The position numbers and the translations under genes are program-made. DNA of 64,000 nt, from the IMG/VR virus record IMGVR_UViG_3300042975_000100, positions 32,001 to 96,000 of that record, one strand, 5' to 3'. Shown here piece after piece: positions 50,203-60,447 of this stretch; the stretch's first letter is position 1; every line of letters starts with the position of its first letter. Source of the DNA: a virus (Duplodnaviria; Caudoviricetes). The notes beneath the pieces are model-generated. The model searched no databases and was not told where the DNA came from. It worked only from the letters and a program-made list of their open reading frames with translations.

Positions 50203-50412
50203 TTAATATATCCTCCCCTGAGATACTATAATCAAATTAGTAAGAAGCACGGTTAGCAATACCAATATCGCTATGATTAGCGTATCGATATTGCAAAACT
50301 CGTGTTTAATCCGAAGCATCATGTATCGAAGATCTTCCTTAGCTCTTACCCTCGGATTCAACCTGCTCTGTATCCTCTTCAAATGTTCCGGAAGTATCGT
50401 AATCTTTTTCAT
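50203..50412 (-). CDS. Small membrane protein
   Basis: C-terminal hydrophobic helix; RBS ggagg. Confidence 0.5.
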   Translation of the reverse strand: MKKITILPEHLKRIQSRLNPRVRAKEDLRYMMLRIKHEFCNIDTLIIAILVLLTVLLTNLIIVSQGRIY

Positions 50413-51691
50413 CTAATGCTGGCCTCCCGTCATTAAGCCAAACTAAGATAGGATGTTTTTGAATTGTATCTGTTGCATCGGTCGAATACAGATATGCTGC
50501 TGTGCATGTCAGTACAGAACGTCGAGTATCAATATTCAATACATCAATCTGCGCCAGATATCTAATGAAGTCTTCTGCTTTAGGACCTCCTACAAATTCT
50601 GCCGGTTTCGAATCGGTTGGGTATCTGAACAGATAATCAAATACCAACTTTTCGAGATAGTCCATATAGATAAATTGCCTACGCATGAAGATCATCTTCT
50701 TCATGGCTTCGACAAATTCTTTTGAGATCTCATTACTGCCATTGCAATAGTCTCTTACTGCTGTAATAAGAAGCTCCAAAAAATCATTGATGTTCGCTTC
50801 GTTAAACCATATTTCCATCAGCATTTTTTCTCTTTCAGAATACTTATGCTTCTTATATGGCTTAGCAGTATTTGCTTCAGGCTGCTTGTTATCGTCAATG
50901 AAACCATCTTTATAATCCATCAGCCCTAATGTACGCAAGAACTTAACAAAATTAACTGTTCTAGATCCACCATTATAGTCTATGGTCAAAGCGTCTTCAT
51001 GTAAGATAAAAGCATCGCGCGCCAGACTGATAAAGAGAGGCTTATCGATTTCATTTATCTTAAACGTAAGTATCCTCTTTATCGAATCGATGTATTCATC
51101 AGGAACGGAGCCTTCTTCATAAGCACAATAGTCTTTCACAATATCAATGATATCGCGTAAAATGCAGTTGATATTCATTGTCATGCCTGAAAGCTCAATA
51201 GATTCTCCGTCATGCTCAATGAAAAAAGATATAATGCGTAGCACTTTTTCTCTTCGTTTAATATCTACCGTCACATCTCCTTGTAATTTATTCTTAGTGA
51301 GGTCTTTCTTATGTGGCATTTCTTTCGGGACACTCCCAAATTTGAAGCTCATCAATCCTAGTTCAACTAAGAATGAAATGAACTGTCTTGCTTTGTCCCC
51401 TTGAACGCTTATTCCCGAAGAGTCTTCTTCCAGGATAATATCCTTACGTACCAATCCTGTAAGAAGGGGTATGTCTATATCTTTAGCTTTGTACTTGATC
51501 AGTTTCTTTATTGAACAGACATCTGCATCAGAGATGGCTCCATCTGCACCGGCACAATATTCTTTCATAGCACCGATGATATCGTATAATAAAATACCAT
51601 TGATGTCTATATAGTCACCTTGATCAGCTCCACCTTTACTCTCGAAAGATGCTATGACATCTAGCAATCTTTCTTTCCTAAGATTTTCCAT
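50339..51691 (-). CDS. Protein with three internal repeats
   Basis: Three copies of ..[KR][ED]YC.G....I....V..[IM]K..I...F...L...G. Confidence 0.7.
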   Translation of the reverse strand: MENLRKERLLDVIASFESKGGADQGDYIDINGILLYDIIGAMKEYCAGADGAISDADVCSIKKLIKYKAKDIDIPLLTGLVRKDIILEEDSSGISVQGDKARQFISFLVELGLMSFKFGSVPKEMPHKKDLTKNKLQGDVTVDIKRREKVLRIISFFIEHDGESIELSGMTMNINCILRDIIDIVKDYCAYEEGSVPDEYIDSIKRILTFKINEIDKPLFISLARDAFILHEDALTIDYNGGSRTVNFVKFLRTLGLMDYKDGFIDDNKQPEANTAKPYKKHKYSEREKMLMEIWFNEANINDFLELLITAVRDYCNGSNEISKEFVEAMKKMIFMRRQFIYMDYLEKLVFDYLFRYPTDSKPAEFVGGPKAEDFIRYLAQIDVLNIDTRRSVLTCTAAYLYSTDATDTIQKHPILVWLNDGRPALDEKDYDTSGTFEEDTEQVESEGKS

Positions 51692-51703
51692 CCCTACATC
51701 TCC

Positions 51704-52114
51704 TTATAATTTGCTCTTGATGATATCTTTCTTATGCAGCATTTCTTTCCACACACCGAGAGTATATCCCATTTTGATAAACAGCATCTTAGCCTCTACT
51801 GTCATTCCGACAAGACCGGCTGTATGCATTTCATCGATTACAGCCTGCTCGAAGTCATGCGTTGCTTTCTTAGCCAACTGCCAATTGATAACATCTTTTC
51901 CATAAAGATGAGTTACCGCAAGACCCTGATAAGTCTTTTGCGGAAACTTCGTCTTAATGAAACCATCACTGGTATCTTCAATATTCTGGATAACAGCTTT
52001 ACGCTCATTATCACTTGTAGTTTTCTTAAGATCCTCTACTAAGAGAATGATATCACCAAGTGCAACCACCATTTCAAAGTATTCAGATTCCAGTTCTTTA
52101 ACGTCTACTAGCAT
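51704..52114 (-). CDS. Hypothetical protein
   Basis: ATG after ggagg, directly following the SbcC stop codon. Confidence 0.6.
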   Translation of the reverse strand: MLVDVKELESEYFEMVVALGDIILLVEDLKKTTSDNERKAVIQNIEDTSDGFIKTKFPQKTYQGLAVTHLYGKDVINWQLAKKATHDFEQAVIDEMHTAGLVGMTVEAKMLFIKMGYTLGVWKEMLHKKDIIKSKL

Positions 52115-52115
52115 T

Positions 52116-54791
52116 TTACATTCCTCCATATTGATAGATGACATTGCCATCTAGTTTTAATGTCGGATCACTGTTTTTAAGAACAATTAGATCCGCATCA
52201 TACATACTGAGTTCGCTATTATGACTAATCATTATGCACTGCTCATATGAAAGCATCTTCATCAAAGTATTCAATACGGTGATGAACTGCAATCTGTTTT
52301 GTGGATCTAATCCGCCATCAATCTCATCTAACTTGATTATAGAATAATCATTAGATGTAGAACGAAGCAGCGCGAAGCTAACGATCATACTGATCATACA
52401 TACTTGAGCTGTACTCATAGAAGAGATATCATCATTCATAATACCTCTGCCTAAGCATGGCATCTTAAACTCTTTCTCATTGATGATGAATGGATGTAAT
52501 ACAAACTCCCCATTGAAGAATGACTTTAAAAGCTCATTAGACGTAGAGAGAATCCCATTCATAAACATCTCCATATACACAGTCTGTATTCCAGTAGTTG
52601 GAGATGCATAATATTTGATCTTCTCAGTCATGTCATATTCAGATGAATACTTCTTGTACTGATCGAGATAATCATTATAGAGTACGATCTTATACTTAGC
52701 CTTCTGCAAGTTATCCTGATTCTTTGGAATAAGATCAGTATTGATCATTTCCAATTCAGACATATCTGCATCCATAGTTTCTTTGATTGTTGTAGCCGCT
52801 GTAAAACTTGCTTCGAGCCTAGGTAACTTATCAGTTATCTCATCTATTCTCTTAGATAAGTTCTGATATTGAATCTTGGTCTGATATAGATTCGTATCAG
52901 TAGATAAGGATTTGTTAAGTTCACTGATCTCACCAGCATAAGAATCTATCTTCTTCTTAGCATCTTCTTCATCATGACGATAAGCTGCATATGCCGCCCT
53001 ATCTTTATTGATGGATTCCGTTAAGAATAAGATTTCTGCTTCATTCTTTGATAGCGATGACTTCTGATCTTTGAATCTCTGAATATCTGCCTTAGTAGTT
53101 TTAACAACAGTGATCAGATTAGAACGGTCAAGATAACCCTTCGTATCCATCATTACCTGCTGATTGCTAAGCATAAACTTAGCATAACTATCAATGTCTC
53201 TTACCCATTCCAGTCCATGGAACTTAGTAAGAATAGTCTGAGGAATAGATTCATAGAATCTGAATACCTCCATCTTACATTGCATGACTTTACCGCTAGC
53301 CTTCTGTAAAGCTATCATATCCTGCAATGCATGCTCTTGCTCCTCTAATGCCACATTCAATTTATTGAAGTCATCTTCAGAGAGTAAACAGCTCTTAGCA
53401 CTTACGACTTCTTCAATGAATGGACAATCACTCAGATGATTACAATCATCTGGAATCAGAGAGAATGTTTTACATTGATCTTTGAGAGTTCTTTGGCGAA
53501 CAATCAAAGCTTTAGACTCAGAGATAGACTCTCTGAGTTTCTCTATGGATTCATCGGTTGGTGCTACACTAGAACCAACCATCCCAAATGTTTCTTCTAG
53601 GATATTATCCTCATAAGTATCTCTGATATATTGAATATGAGATTTGAGTCTCTGCATGAATTGAACAGCTGTATCATACTCATCTCTAGTTACATCATCA
53701 TACTTATCAAAACCTATCTCAGAGAACTGTTCTTTGCAGAATTCGAGTTTATCTTTGCACTCCTGTATCCTTTCATCGATATCGCTCAAAATCGCGTAAT
53801 CGCCAAAAGCATCGAGTTTAATCGTATTAGTTTGGATACGATCAGAAAGCTCTTTTTCTAATGCTAAGATCTTTTTGTACTGTTCTTCGGCATTTTCTTT
53901 CATAGATTTAGCTCTAGCGATTTTACTAGCATAGATAGCTTCGTAGTTATCAGCTACTCTGCTGAATCTAATTTTGTACTTAGCGCAATCCTCGAAATTT
54001 GCATTGCATACAGTAAGTTCATTCTTCAGCTGATTATACTCGGTAAGTATATCTGTATTATCTTGGTCAGCTAACGCATTTAGCTTTTCCTTACTGGTTG
54101 CGATCTTTGCAATCAATAGATTACGTCTGTCTTCCATATCGCCCATTGAAGATTCCATCGACTTAATTGAACTATTAATCGATTCAGTATCTCCAATAGA
54201 ATCCATCTTAGAATTGATAGAGTTAAGAATAGATTTCAATTCAGAGCTCTTCTTAACCAATTTCTTATAGATAAGATTATAGAACTCCAATTGGCTAAGC
54301 TTGCTATTGATGAATCTCTTTCTCTCTGCAGGATTCTTATCTGCTAATCCTCTATCATCAGAAGACAATTGTGCAAGTAGTAAGAAGTCTTCATCTATGC
54401 CAAGAATCTCATGGATGATCTTCTTTCCTTCAGTTACATTACCATTAGGATTGAGTTCTTTTGTAGTTCCATCTGAATATGTAACACGGACATGACAGGA
54501 AGAGCTTCTTGTTCCGCTCTTGCTGCATGTACTTGTATGAGTTATATCCAATACCTTTCCTGGAAGGATATAGCTAATACTCTTAACTGCATCTTTCCCA
54601 GGAACAAAGTCTTTTGCTTGTTCATTATCAGGATTGATGGCTTTGAGTATTGTACTCTTTCCTGAGCCATTGTCTCCTTTGATAACAGTAATACTGTGTG
54701 TCGCTTTAGAGAAGTCTATAAGAATCTCCTCTAATCCTAAACCATTATAAATCCCTACGTAGTTCCGCAGGTATAGTCGTGCCAATCTCAT
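52116..54791 (-). CDS. sbcC: SbcC/Rad50-like ATPase (T4 gp46-like)
   Basis: Walker A GDNGSGKST, long coiled coil with central Cys hook (C....CPF), signature MSTAQ, LDEIDGGLD, ISH. Confidence 0.92.
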   Translation of the reverse strand: MRLARLYLRNYVGIYNGLGLEEILIDFSKATHSITVIKGDNGSGKSTILKAINPDNEQAKDFVPGKDAVKSISYILPGKVLDITHTSTCSKSGTRSSSCHVRVTYSDGTTKELNPNGNVTEGKKIIHEILGIDEDFLLLAQLSSDDRGLADKNPAERKRFINSKLSQLEFYNLIYKKLVKKSSELKSILNSINSKMDSIGDTESINSSIKSMESSMGDMEDRRNLLIAKIATSKEKLNALADQDNTDILTEYNQLKNELTVCNANFEDCAKYKIRFSRVADNYEAIYASKIARAKSMKENAEEQYKKILALEKELSDRIQTNTIKLDAFGDYAILSDIDERIQECKDKLEFCKEQFSEIGFDKYDDVTRDEYDTAVQFMQRLKSHIQYIRDTYEDNILEETFGMVGSSVAPTDESIEKLRESISESKALIVRQRTLKDQCKTFSLIPDDCNHLSDCPFIEEVVSAKSCLLSEDDFNKLNVALEEQEHALQDMIALQKASGKVMQCKMEVFRFYESIPQTILTKFHGLEWVRDIDSYAKFMLSNQQVMMDTKGYLDRSNLITVVKTTKADIQRFKDQKSSLSKNEAEILFLTESINKDRAAYAAYRHDEEDAKKKIDSYAGEISELNKSLSTDTNLYQTKIQYQNLSKRIDEITDKLPRLEASFTAATTIKETMDADMSELEMINTDLIPKNQDNLQKAKYKIVLYNDYLDQYKKYSSEYDMTEKIKYYASPTTGIQTVYMEMFMNGILSTSNELLKSFFNGEFVLHPFIINEKEFKMPCLGRGIMNDDISSMSTAQVCMISMIVSFALLRSTSNDYSIIKLDEIDGGLDPQNRLQFITVLNTLMKMLSYEQCIMISHNSELSMYDADLIVLKNSDPTLKLDGNVIYQYGGM

Positions 54792-54874
54792 ATTGTCTCC
54801 CCCTATTAGTCAAAAGTTAAGTTTCTATTAAAAAATAATCCCTGAGCTATAATAGCTCAGGGAATATTAGAATC

Positions 54875-55592
54875 TTAACGAAATAGAGATTCATTAAGAG
54901 AAATACAATATAAAGCGAATCTATCATCGACCTTGTACTTAGCGCAAAGTTGATGAATGTTCTTTTTGTATACGTAGAAAGCTCTGGCTATCTTATAAGC
55001 CAGACGTTCTTGCTCTTTCCTCAGCCCGAACATATTCACACCTCAATTCATCGATATGTTTCACGGTCTTCAGCATATCATCTGTATCGATCTTATCAGT
55101 ATTACACTTAAAGACCTCTACGTCATTTGTGCGCTTATAAAGACTGTATAAAGCATATTCCTTTATCCAATCGTTAGTCCTGATATTCGTCATATCTACG
55201 ATATCAACAGCTCCAACCGTCAGCCTATGTGTATGATAGCAGTAGTGATCAATGCTATCAATAATCTTATAGAAAAGCTTATACAGCTTATGATAAGATA
55301 CTTCCATGCCGTCGATAAAGTCTGGATAGATCAGAAAGATATTACGATTGTTCAAAGACGACTCACTGATATCATGAGCCATAGCGCACTTGCTCTTGCC
55401 AAATACGAAGTAGATACTACACTCGTCACACTTAGCATAAGTATATACTCCATCAATGTCTTCCTTAGAATTTCCGACTGCTTCATGGATACGAGTAATC
55501 TCCGCACCACCTTTGTTCATTCTAGCACGAACAATAGTAGCTTGCGAACAACTCCCGTAAAATAAACCAGCCAATTTAATCCTATTGAACAA
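54875..55592 (-). CDS. Hypothetical protein, probably with a frameshift near 55015
   Basis: The alternative frame EQERLAYKIARAFYVY...LFR continues up to the terminator at about 54840. Confidence 0.5.
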
Positions 55593-55593
55593 T

Positions 55594-55893
55594 TTATTTC
55601 TCCTCCTCTACATACCCAACTCCCACATTCTTATCCTGCAAGATAGGAGCCTGAGTAGGTTCACCTTTAAAGCCAACTGGCTCTAACCCTCTTACAGTTA
55701 AATGCATAGGAGTGCTGTGCCCACATATAGGGCATACCAATTTGTAGTGAATCTCGTTTTTCAACTCAGCTTGAATCCAAGCTGTATCAGATACTTTATA
55801 TGCTGCATATGCAGATTTCATCAAGATCTTTTCATGATGACATCTTGGGCATACAGCAAATCTGTTTAATGTAATAGCAGTATGCTTTTCCAT
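55594..55893 (-). CDS. Zinc-ribbon protein
   Basis: CPRC...CPICG. Confidence 0.7.
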   Translation of the reverse strand: MEKHTAITLNRFAVCPRCHHEKILMKSAYAAYKVSDTAWIQAELKNEIHYKLVCPICGHSTPMHLTVRGLEPVGFKGEPTQAPILQDKNVGVGYVEEEK

Positions 55894-55907
55894 TATTCTT
55901 TCTCCTT

Positions 55908-56210
55908 TCAGTGCTTCTTTTTATCAAGAAGTTCTGGTAATGGGTCTCCCTCTTTCCAATCATACAAAGGTAGAACGCGATCTTTTAATTCAGGAAGGTA
56001 CCTGTTCATCATCTTCCACCCTTCATATTTTTTATAGTTATCTTTAATATACTGTGCAATGGCACTATCAAAGTAACCAGCCGTAAGAGGAACAGATACG
56101 ATAGCTACACGCCGTCCATTATCTGTATCCTTAAACAGCATTACTTGTATAAGCTTATTAGAAAATACGATAAGGCGCGTAGCCTTATACAATGCTCGTT
56201 TTCTTATCAC
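55908..56210 (-). CDS. Hypothetical protein
   Basis: RBS aaggaggg; GTG start. Confidence 0.6.
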   Translation of the reverse strand: MIRKRALYKATRLIVFSNKLIQVMLFKDTDNGRRVAIVSVPLTAGYFDSAIAQYIKDNYKKYEGWKMMNRYLPELKDRVLPLYDWKEGDPLPELLDKKKH

Positions 56211-56290
56211 TTATTATCCCTCCTTAATAGCGACCCATCAAATACCTTGGATACTCTCTCCGGTATTCAATAAGCCGCTTTCCACATTGT

Positions 56291-56491
56291 TTACTTAAAT
56301 ATGATATCTATCATCTTTTCTGCTTTTACAAAAGCTTCAAATGTGACCACTTCAGACGTAGGTCTGAGTTGAAAGAGCCGCACATTCACTATTGCATCAT
56401 GCAATTTCTTCATGGTGGTTGCGTATTTGTGTAATGCTCGGCCATTTAACATTTTAGCTTTTAGCATATTCCTTCGTCTTATCTTGTCCAT
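56291..56491 (-). CDS. Small hypothetical protein
   Basis: ORF in operon. Confidence 0.4.
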   Translation of the reverse strand: MDKIRRRNMLKAKMLNGRALHKYATTMKKLHDAIVNVRLFQLRPTSEVVTFEAFVKAEKMIDIIFK

Positions 56492-56494
56492 AAC

Positions 56495-56743
56495 TTACAA
56501 TGCCGGAACAAGCGTATAAGTAAGGACCCGATTACGATAGGATGGCTTAGAGAGCTTTCTGAGGAACATTATTCCTTTATAGTTCTCACTAAGATATTCC
56601 TCTATATGGCCTTCAGCAGATGAAGGAATATACAGATCGTCAGGTACACTGTCATCCGCTAAATGCGAAACGAGGATGTGGATAAGATTCTCAGAATCTG
56701 TAAGAAGTCTGATTGCTTTAATTTTGTTTAATTCGTGTCTCAT
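56495..56743 (-). CDS. Small hypothetical protein
   Basis: RBS aaggag; weak similarity to 55908-56210 (A.RL......LI.........P......I..Y..NY). Confidence 0.55.
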   Translation of the reverse strand: MRHELNKIKAIRLLTDSENLIHILVSHLADDSVPDDLYIPSSAEGHIEEYLSENYKGIMFLRKLSKPSYRNRVLTYTLVPAL

Positions 56744-56942
56744 AGTTATTACTCCTTTTCATATCTACCATTAAAGAAAAGATCAAATGCTTTTCTCTTC
56801 ATTCTTAATCTTGAATTGCTACGCAAATGATAAAAATGGCTAATCAGTGCGTAGTTAATCTTAATTGTAACCTTCTTAACCATTACAAATCATCCTTTCA
56901 AAATAAATCCTGTATGGCTGAATTGCCATACAGGATATAGAA

Positions 56943-57179
56943 TCAGAAATTAGGGTCTGTATATTTGATAGCGCGCATATCACCAGTGATGAGAGTACGT
57001 GCGTCGGCGAACCGAGAAGTTCTTCCCGGAGGAAGGATCTCAGTAAAATCCTTAGCAACGCCATTCACTACTACACTACCAAATTTTAGATGCGTATTAC
57101 CGAGAGCTGCTTCATTCTTTTTGATTTGCTGCATCTGCTCCCGAGAATACACAAATGTACGTTCATACATATTACTCAT
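56943..57179 (-). CDS. Small hypothetical protein coupled to the RNAP beta-N gene
   Basis: Overlaps the stop codon of 57172-58944. Confidence 0.6.
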   Translation of the reverse strand: MSNMYERTFVYSREQMQQIKKNEAALGNTHLKFGSVVVNGVAKDFTEILPPGRTSRFADARTLITGDMRAIKYTDPNF

Positions 57180-58944
57180 ACGTTATCGTCCCGCTTCCTT
57201 CAACCGGTACTTGATCAGTAGTTACAGCTTCTGGATGGAGAATCTCCATCATAGACTTGATACACTCAAGTCCTTCTTCTGCCATATGCTCACTAACCTG
57301 TGGGATATCCATTTGTCCCAATACCGATTTCTTAAAATGAATTACATCTTTCAGCCCACGCTGCTTCTTATATCCATCATAGAGTTTCTCATACTCATCT
57401 CCCCAAGTAATTGGTTCTTGGAAATCTGAAATGAAACCATTCCCATACGTTTGAAGCAGTGGAACAACACTACCGCTGATACCAGGATCGGATGGTGAAG
57501 AAGCATCAGGGTCAAGTACACCCATATTGCTTACATCAAGATACCGATAAATCTTTGGAATGGATTTACCGCTAGTCTCTCCGATACCGCTTTCTCCCTT
57601 ATAAGTACATTTAAGGGCAACGATAGAATCCATGTCAGTGACGGTGTTTCTAAATGTGATCAACTGAGATCTAGATACTGCACTAACAAGGAACATCGGA
57701 TTCGTAATGAGAGATTTCCGGATAGACCGAATATCTGCTCTAGGATTATCCGACAGATTATAGATACCATATGCCAAACGATTACCATACATAGCGCCAA
57801 TATAATCAGCGATATTGATACGTTTGGTTCTGATATTCAGATTATCTTTCAGCTTCAAGTTGCTGAATTCGTTCAGTACCCATTGCAGGATTCTGAACAC
57901 ATCGCGTTTATACTCTTCAGGTAATCTGATATTGTCTCTTGTATCGATGCTATATACCCCTCTCAATGAGGTGAGTACATTGCATCCTTTCATATACTTA
58001 TCAGCTGTAAGCGAACTTGTATATGCATTACCCAGACGCATCTTCCAGAAGACATCTGAGAAGATATCCTGAATGGTAAGGTCTTTGATACAAGTTTGTG
58101 TGCAAAGCATATTGATTACATGCTGAACAACAGCATTGCCATCGAAGATCTGCTTCGGAACACAGAAAAACAGCTTGATGCTGTCTTTGATCTCTCCACG
58201 ATACTGTGGCTGGAATGAATAGAATATATTCTCATCCAGTGGAGTTTCAGATGGGATTACTACCTGACTGAGTCCAAAGAACTCAAGAGCATTGTAGAAT
58301 CCATACTGAGCAAATACATACAGCGATGCCGATGTGCATTTGCTAAATGCCATACAATCATATTGTGTAGCATCATGCTCTTCACCTTTATAGTCATAGA
58401 GCTTCACAATGTTTCTGAAGATACGAATAGGGTGGAACATGGTTTTCAAAGTCACACAATGCGAATCAGATTTACTGGTTGCATTGTTATAGGTACTTCC
58501 ATCAACGATTTGATACATAGAGCTGCAGTAATTTCCATTAATATAGAAATAGAACTTGTCCACTACCCGTGGGACAGCTATAATGACATCAATCTCTTCA
58601 TGCTGATCTTTGATCTCGATATAGTACGTGACTATAAGAAGTTTCAAAGCTGACTGTTTCAAATCGATAAAGTTATATCGATTATCTTCGTCAGACCGTG
58701 ACTTAGAAGACTTCTTCCGATTAAGCATCTCTTGATACTTACGGAGAGTCTCATTTACTTCGAAGAAGCTATCTACAACTCTAAAATTCTTAACCAGAAT
58801 CTTAAAGTTTGTTTCTCTCTGACAAGAGAGGATGATTTTCTTCAATACTTTGATGATCTCTTCATCGGAGCGGCTGAATAACTTTGCATTGAACCGATAG
58901 GTTGTCTTTTCTGCAAAGTCATGAATAAACTGTTTCTGATTCAA
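57172..58944 (-). CDS. Phage RNA polymerase beta-like subunit, N-terminal part
   Basis: P...F.INGN.....QIVD, NLNIRTKRI, and KG.SG...R.L..S.MG.LD...S..SDPG.SG corresponding to the rifampicin-pocket region. Confidence 0.8.
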   Translation of the reverse strand: MNQKQFIHDFAEKTTYRFNAKLFSRSDEEIIKVLKKIILSCQRETNFKILVKNFRVVDSFFEVNETLRKYQEMLNRKKSSKSRSDEDNRYNFIDLKQSALKLLIVTYYIEIKDQHEEIDVIIAVPRVVDKFYFYINGNYCSSMYQIVDGSTYNNATSKSDSHCVTLKTMFHPIRIFRNIVKLYDYKGEEHDATQYDCMAFSKCTSASLYVFAQYGFYNALEFFGLSQVVIPSETPLDENIFYSFQPQYRGEIKDSIKLFFCVPKQIFDGNAVVQHVINMLCTQTCIKDLTIQDIFSDVFWKMRLGNAYTSSLTADKYMKGCNVLTSLRGVYSIDTRDNIRLPEEYKRDVFRILQWVLNEFSNLKLKDNLNIRTKRINIADYIGAMYGNRLAYGIYNLSDNPRADIRSIRKSLITNPMFLVSAVSRSQLITFRNTVTDMDSIVALKCTYKGESGIGETSGKSIPKIYRYLDVSNMGVLDPDASSPSDPGISGSVVPLLQTYGNGFISDFQEPITWGDEYEKLYDGYKKQRGLKDVIHFKKSVLGQMDIPQVSEHMAEEGLECIKSMMEILHPEAVTTDQVPVEGSGTITYE

Positions 58945-59609
58945 TCAGATTCCTCCCCATCTTCACCTGATGCGGCATTAGGTGCGGTGATCCTTGTCTT
59001 CAGCACTTTGTTCATTGGATTCACGCATCCAGGTTTATCTGTAATGGTGATATCAACGTCCAAATCATATGCTGTAGCAAGACTTGTGAGTTTCTTGAGT
59101 GTGATACCCTTATTCTTCTTAGACGTAATAAGACGCATGCAGTTACTAAAGTCACTGCCGAGTCTCTGTCTGTAAGATTCAGGATCGATAGCCTTTGCTC
59201 CTAATGCTTCTTTGATAAGCTTAAGAGCAGGCGAATCATTAGGATCTATGTACGGCTCAAGCACATTATCCTTCGTAGTAAGACGAGCTGTCTCGTCATT
59301 TGCCAACTGATCCTTTTTCTTGATCAGTTCAGCATAAGATTTTGAATCGCTGAAATTGATAACTCTATCTTCAGAGTAATCTTTCATACGCTCCTCTGGC
59401 GGTTTCGTATATACAGACATGCAACCTGCATCTACAACACCGGGAAGACCTTCGGTAAATCTAGGTCTAATAGGATAAACAATCCCGTCTTTAGCAACAC
59501 ATGTGTTTTCAAACATTGGCTCATTGAATTGCTTACGGCGGATATATTCATCTTCAGATATGACATCCATAGTTGTATTATTGATAAATACCTGTCTAAT
59601 ATCGTCCAA
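58941..59609 (-). CDS. Putative HTH DNA-binding protein
   Basis: C-terminal ITLKKL..LA..YDLDV.I.I Xre-like segment. Confidence 0.5.
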   Translation of the reverse strand: MDDIRQVFINNTTMDVISEDEYIRRKQFNEPMFENTCVAKDGIVYPIRPRFTEGLPGVVDAGCMSVYTKPPEERMKDYSEDRVINFSDSKSYAELIKKKDQLANDETARLTTKDNVLEPYIDPNDSPALKLIKEALGAKAIDPESYRQRLGSDFSNCMRLITSKKNKGITLKKLTSLATAYDLDVDITITDKPGCVNPMNKVLKTRITAPNAASGEDGEESD

Positions 59610-59709
59610 TTAGATTCCTCCTAAAAAAATCAATCTGCAAGGTTTTTTATTAAAAAAATACAGGAGAGGAAGATTGCTCTTCCTCTCTTATATTTTTACA
59701 TAACCTTAC

Positions 59710-60327
59710 TTAAGCTGCTGCTTCAGCTTTCTCATTGACTTTATCATCCTTGACATGCTGCTTCAGAACTTCCATCGGCGTGATCGTGATATAGACCTTC
59801 TCGCCATCATGCTCTGCCGTAGCTTTGAAGAAGTCATCATATACCAATACCGGATCGATATCGACATTGTTGATCATATAAGTCTTGATTGCTTCTGCAC
59901 ATGCACACAGGATATCGCAGAGGAAATCCTTGCCATTTACAGTCTCAAGGCAAATGCCATAATTGTTCAGGCCAAAATCAGCCAGCATATAATGGAAAAC
60001 CTGGTCGCTCAAGCCAGCAATGTTTTCCTTCGGAATGTCTTTCATATCTTCTTCGTTGAACGTGAAAGTCAGGGAGAAGCTATCCCCATCTTCGCTTTCA
60101 TTGCTCTCAACGTACGCACCAAAGTAGAATGCGTCATTCTGGAAATCACGGATCTGACAACCCATCGTCTGACCCTTTTTCTTTACAACTCCGAGGTATT
60201 TCGCAACGCCCTCAAAGAGCATGCGAACGCAACGCCAGGAGAAACGAACGTCCCAGGTGCAGCTCTTTTCCTCGTCCATAATTTTCATAATCTGTGCATC
60301 AATGTTCGTGTCTTTGTACTGTTTCAT
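59710..60327 (-). CDS. Hypothetical acidic protein
   Basis: RBS aaggag; early-type promoter at 60396. Confidence 0.65.
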   Translation of the reverse strand: MKQYKDTNIDAQIMKIMDEEKSCTWDVRFSWRCVRMLFEGVAKYLGVVKKKGQTMGCQIRDFQNDAFYFGAYVESNESEDGDSFSLTFTFNEEDMKDIPKENIAGLSDQVFHYMLADFGLNNYGICLETVNGKDFLCDILCACAEAIKTYMINNVDIDPVLVYDDFFKATAEHDGEKVYITITPMEVLKQHVKDDKVNEKAEAAA

Positions 60328-60447
60328 GTCGTAAACACTCCTTAAATGAATTAGAATTTGATTCAAGACATCATAAGATATCTTGCCTTCACCTATATGA
60401 TATATAGTTATTCTTAAGTTTACCACCCGTTAATTTTTTACAAGCGG

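Noticed and set aside
47670-55030. Programmed frameshifts at about 47790, 47680 and 55015
   Set aside because: These are single-base offsets at short homopolymers in unrelated genes, more simply explained by sequencing error or gene decay.
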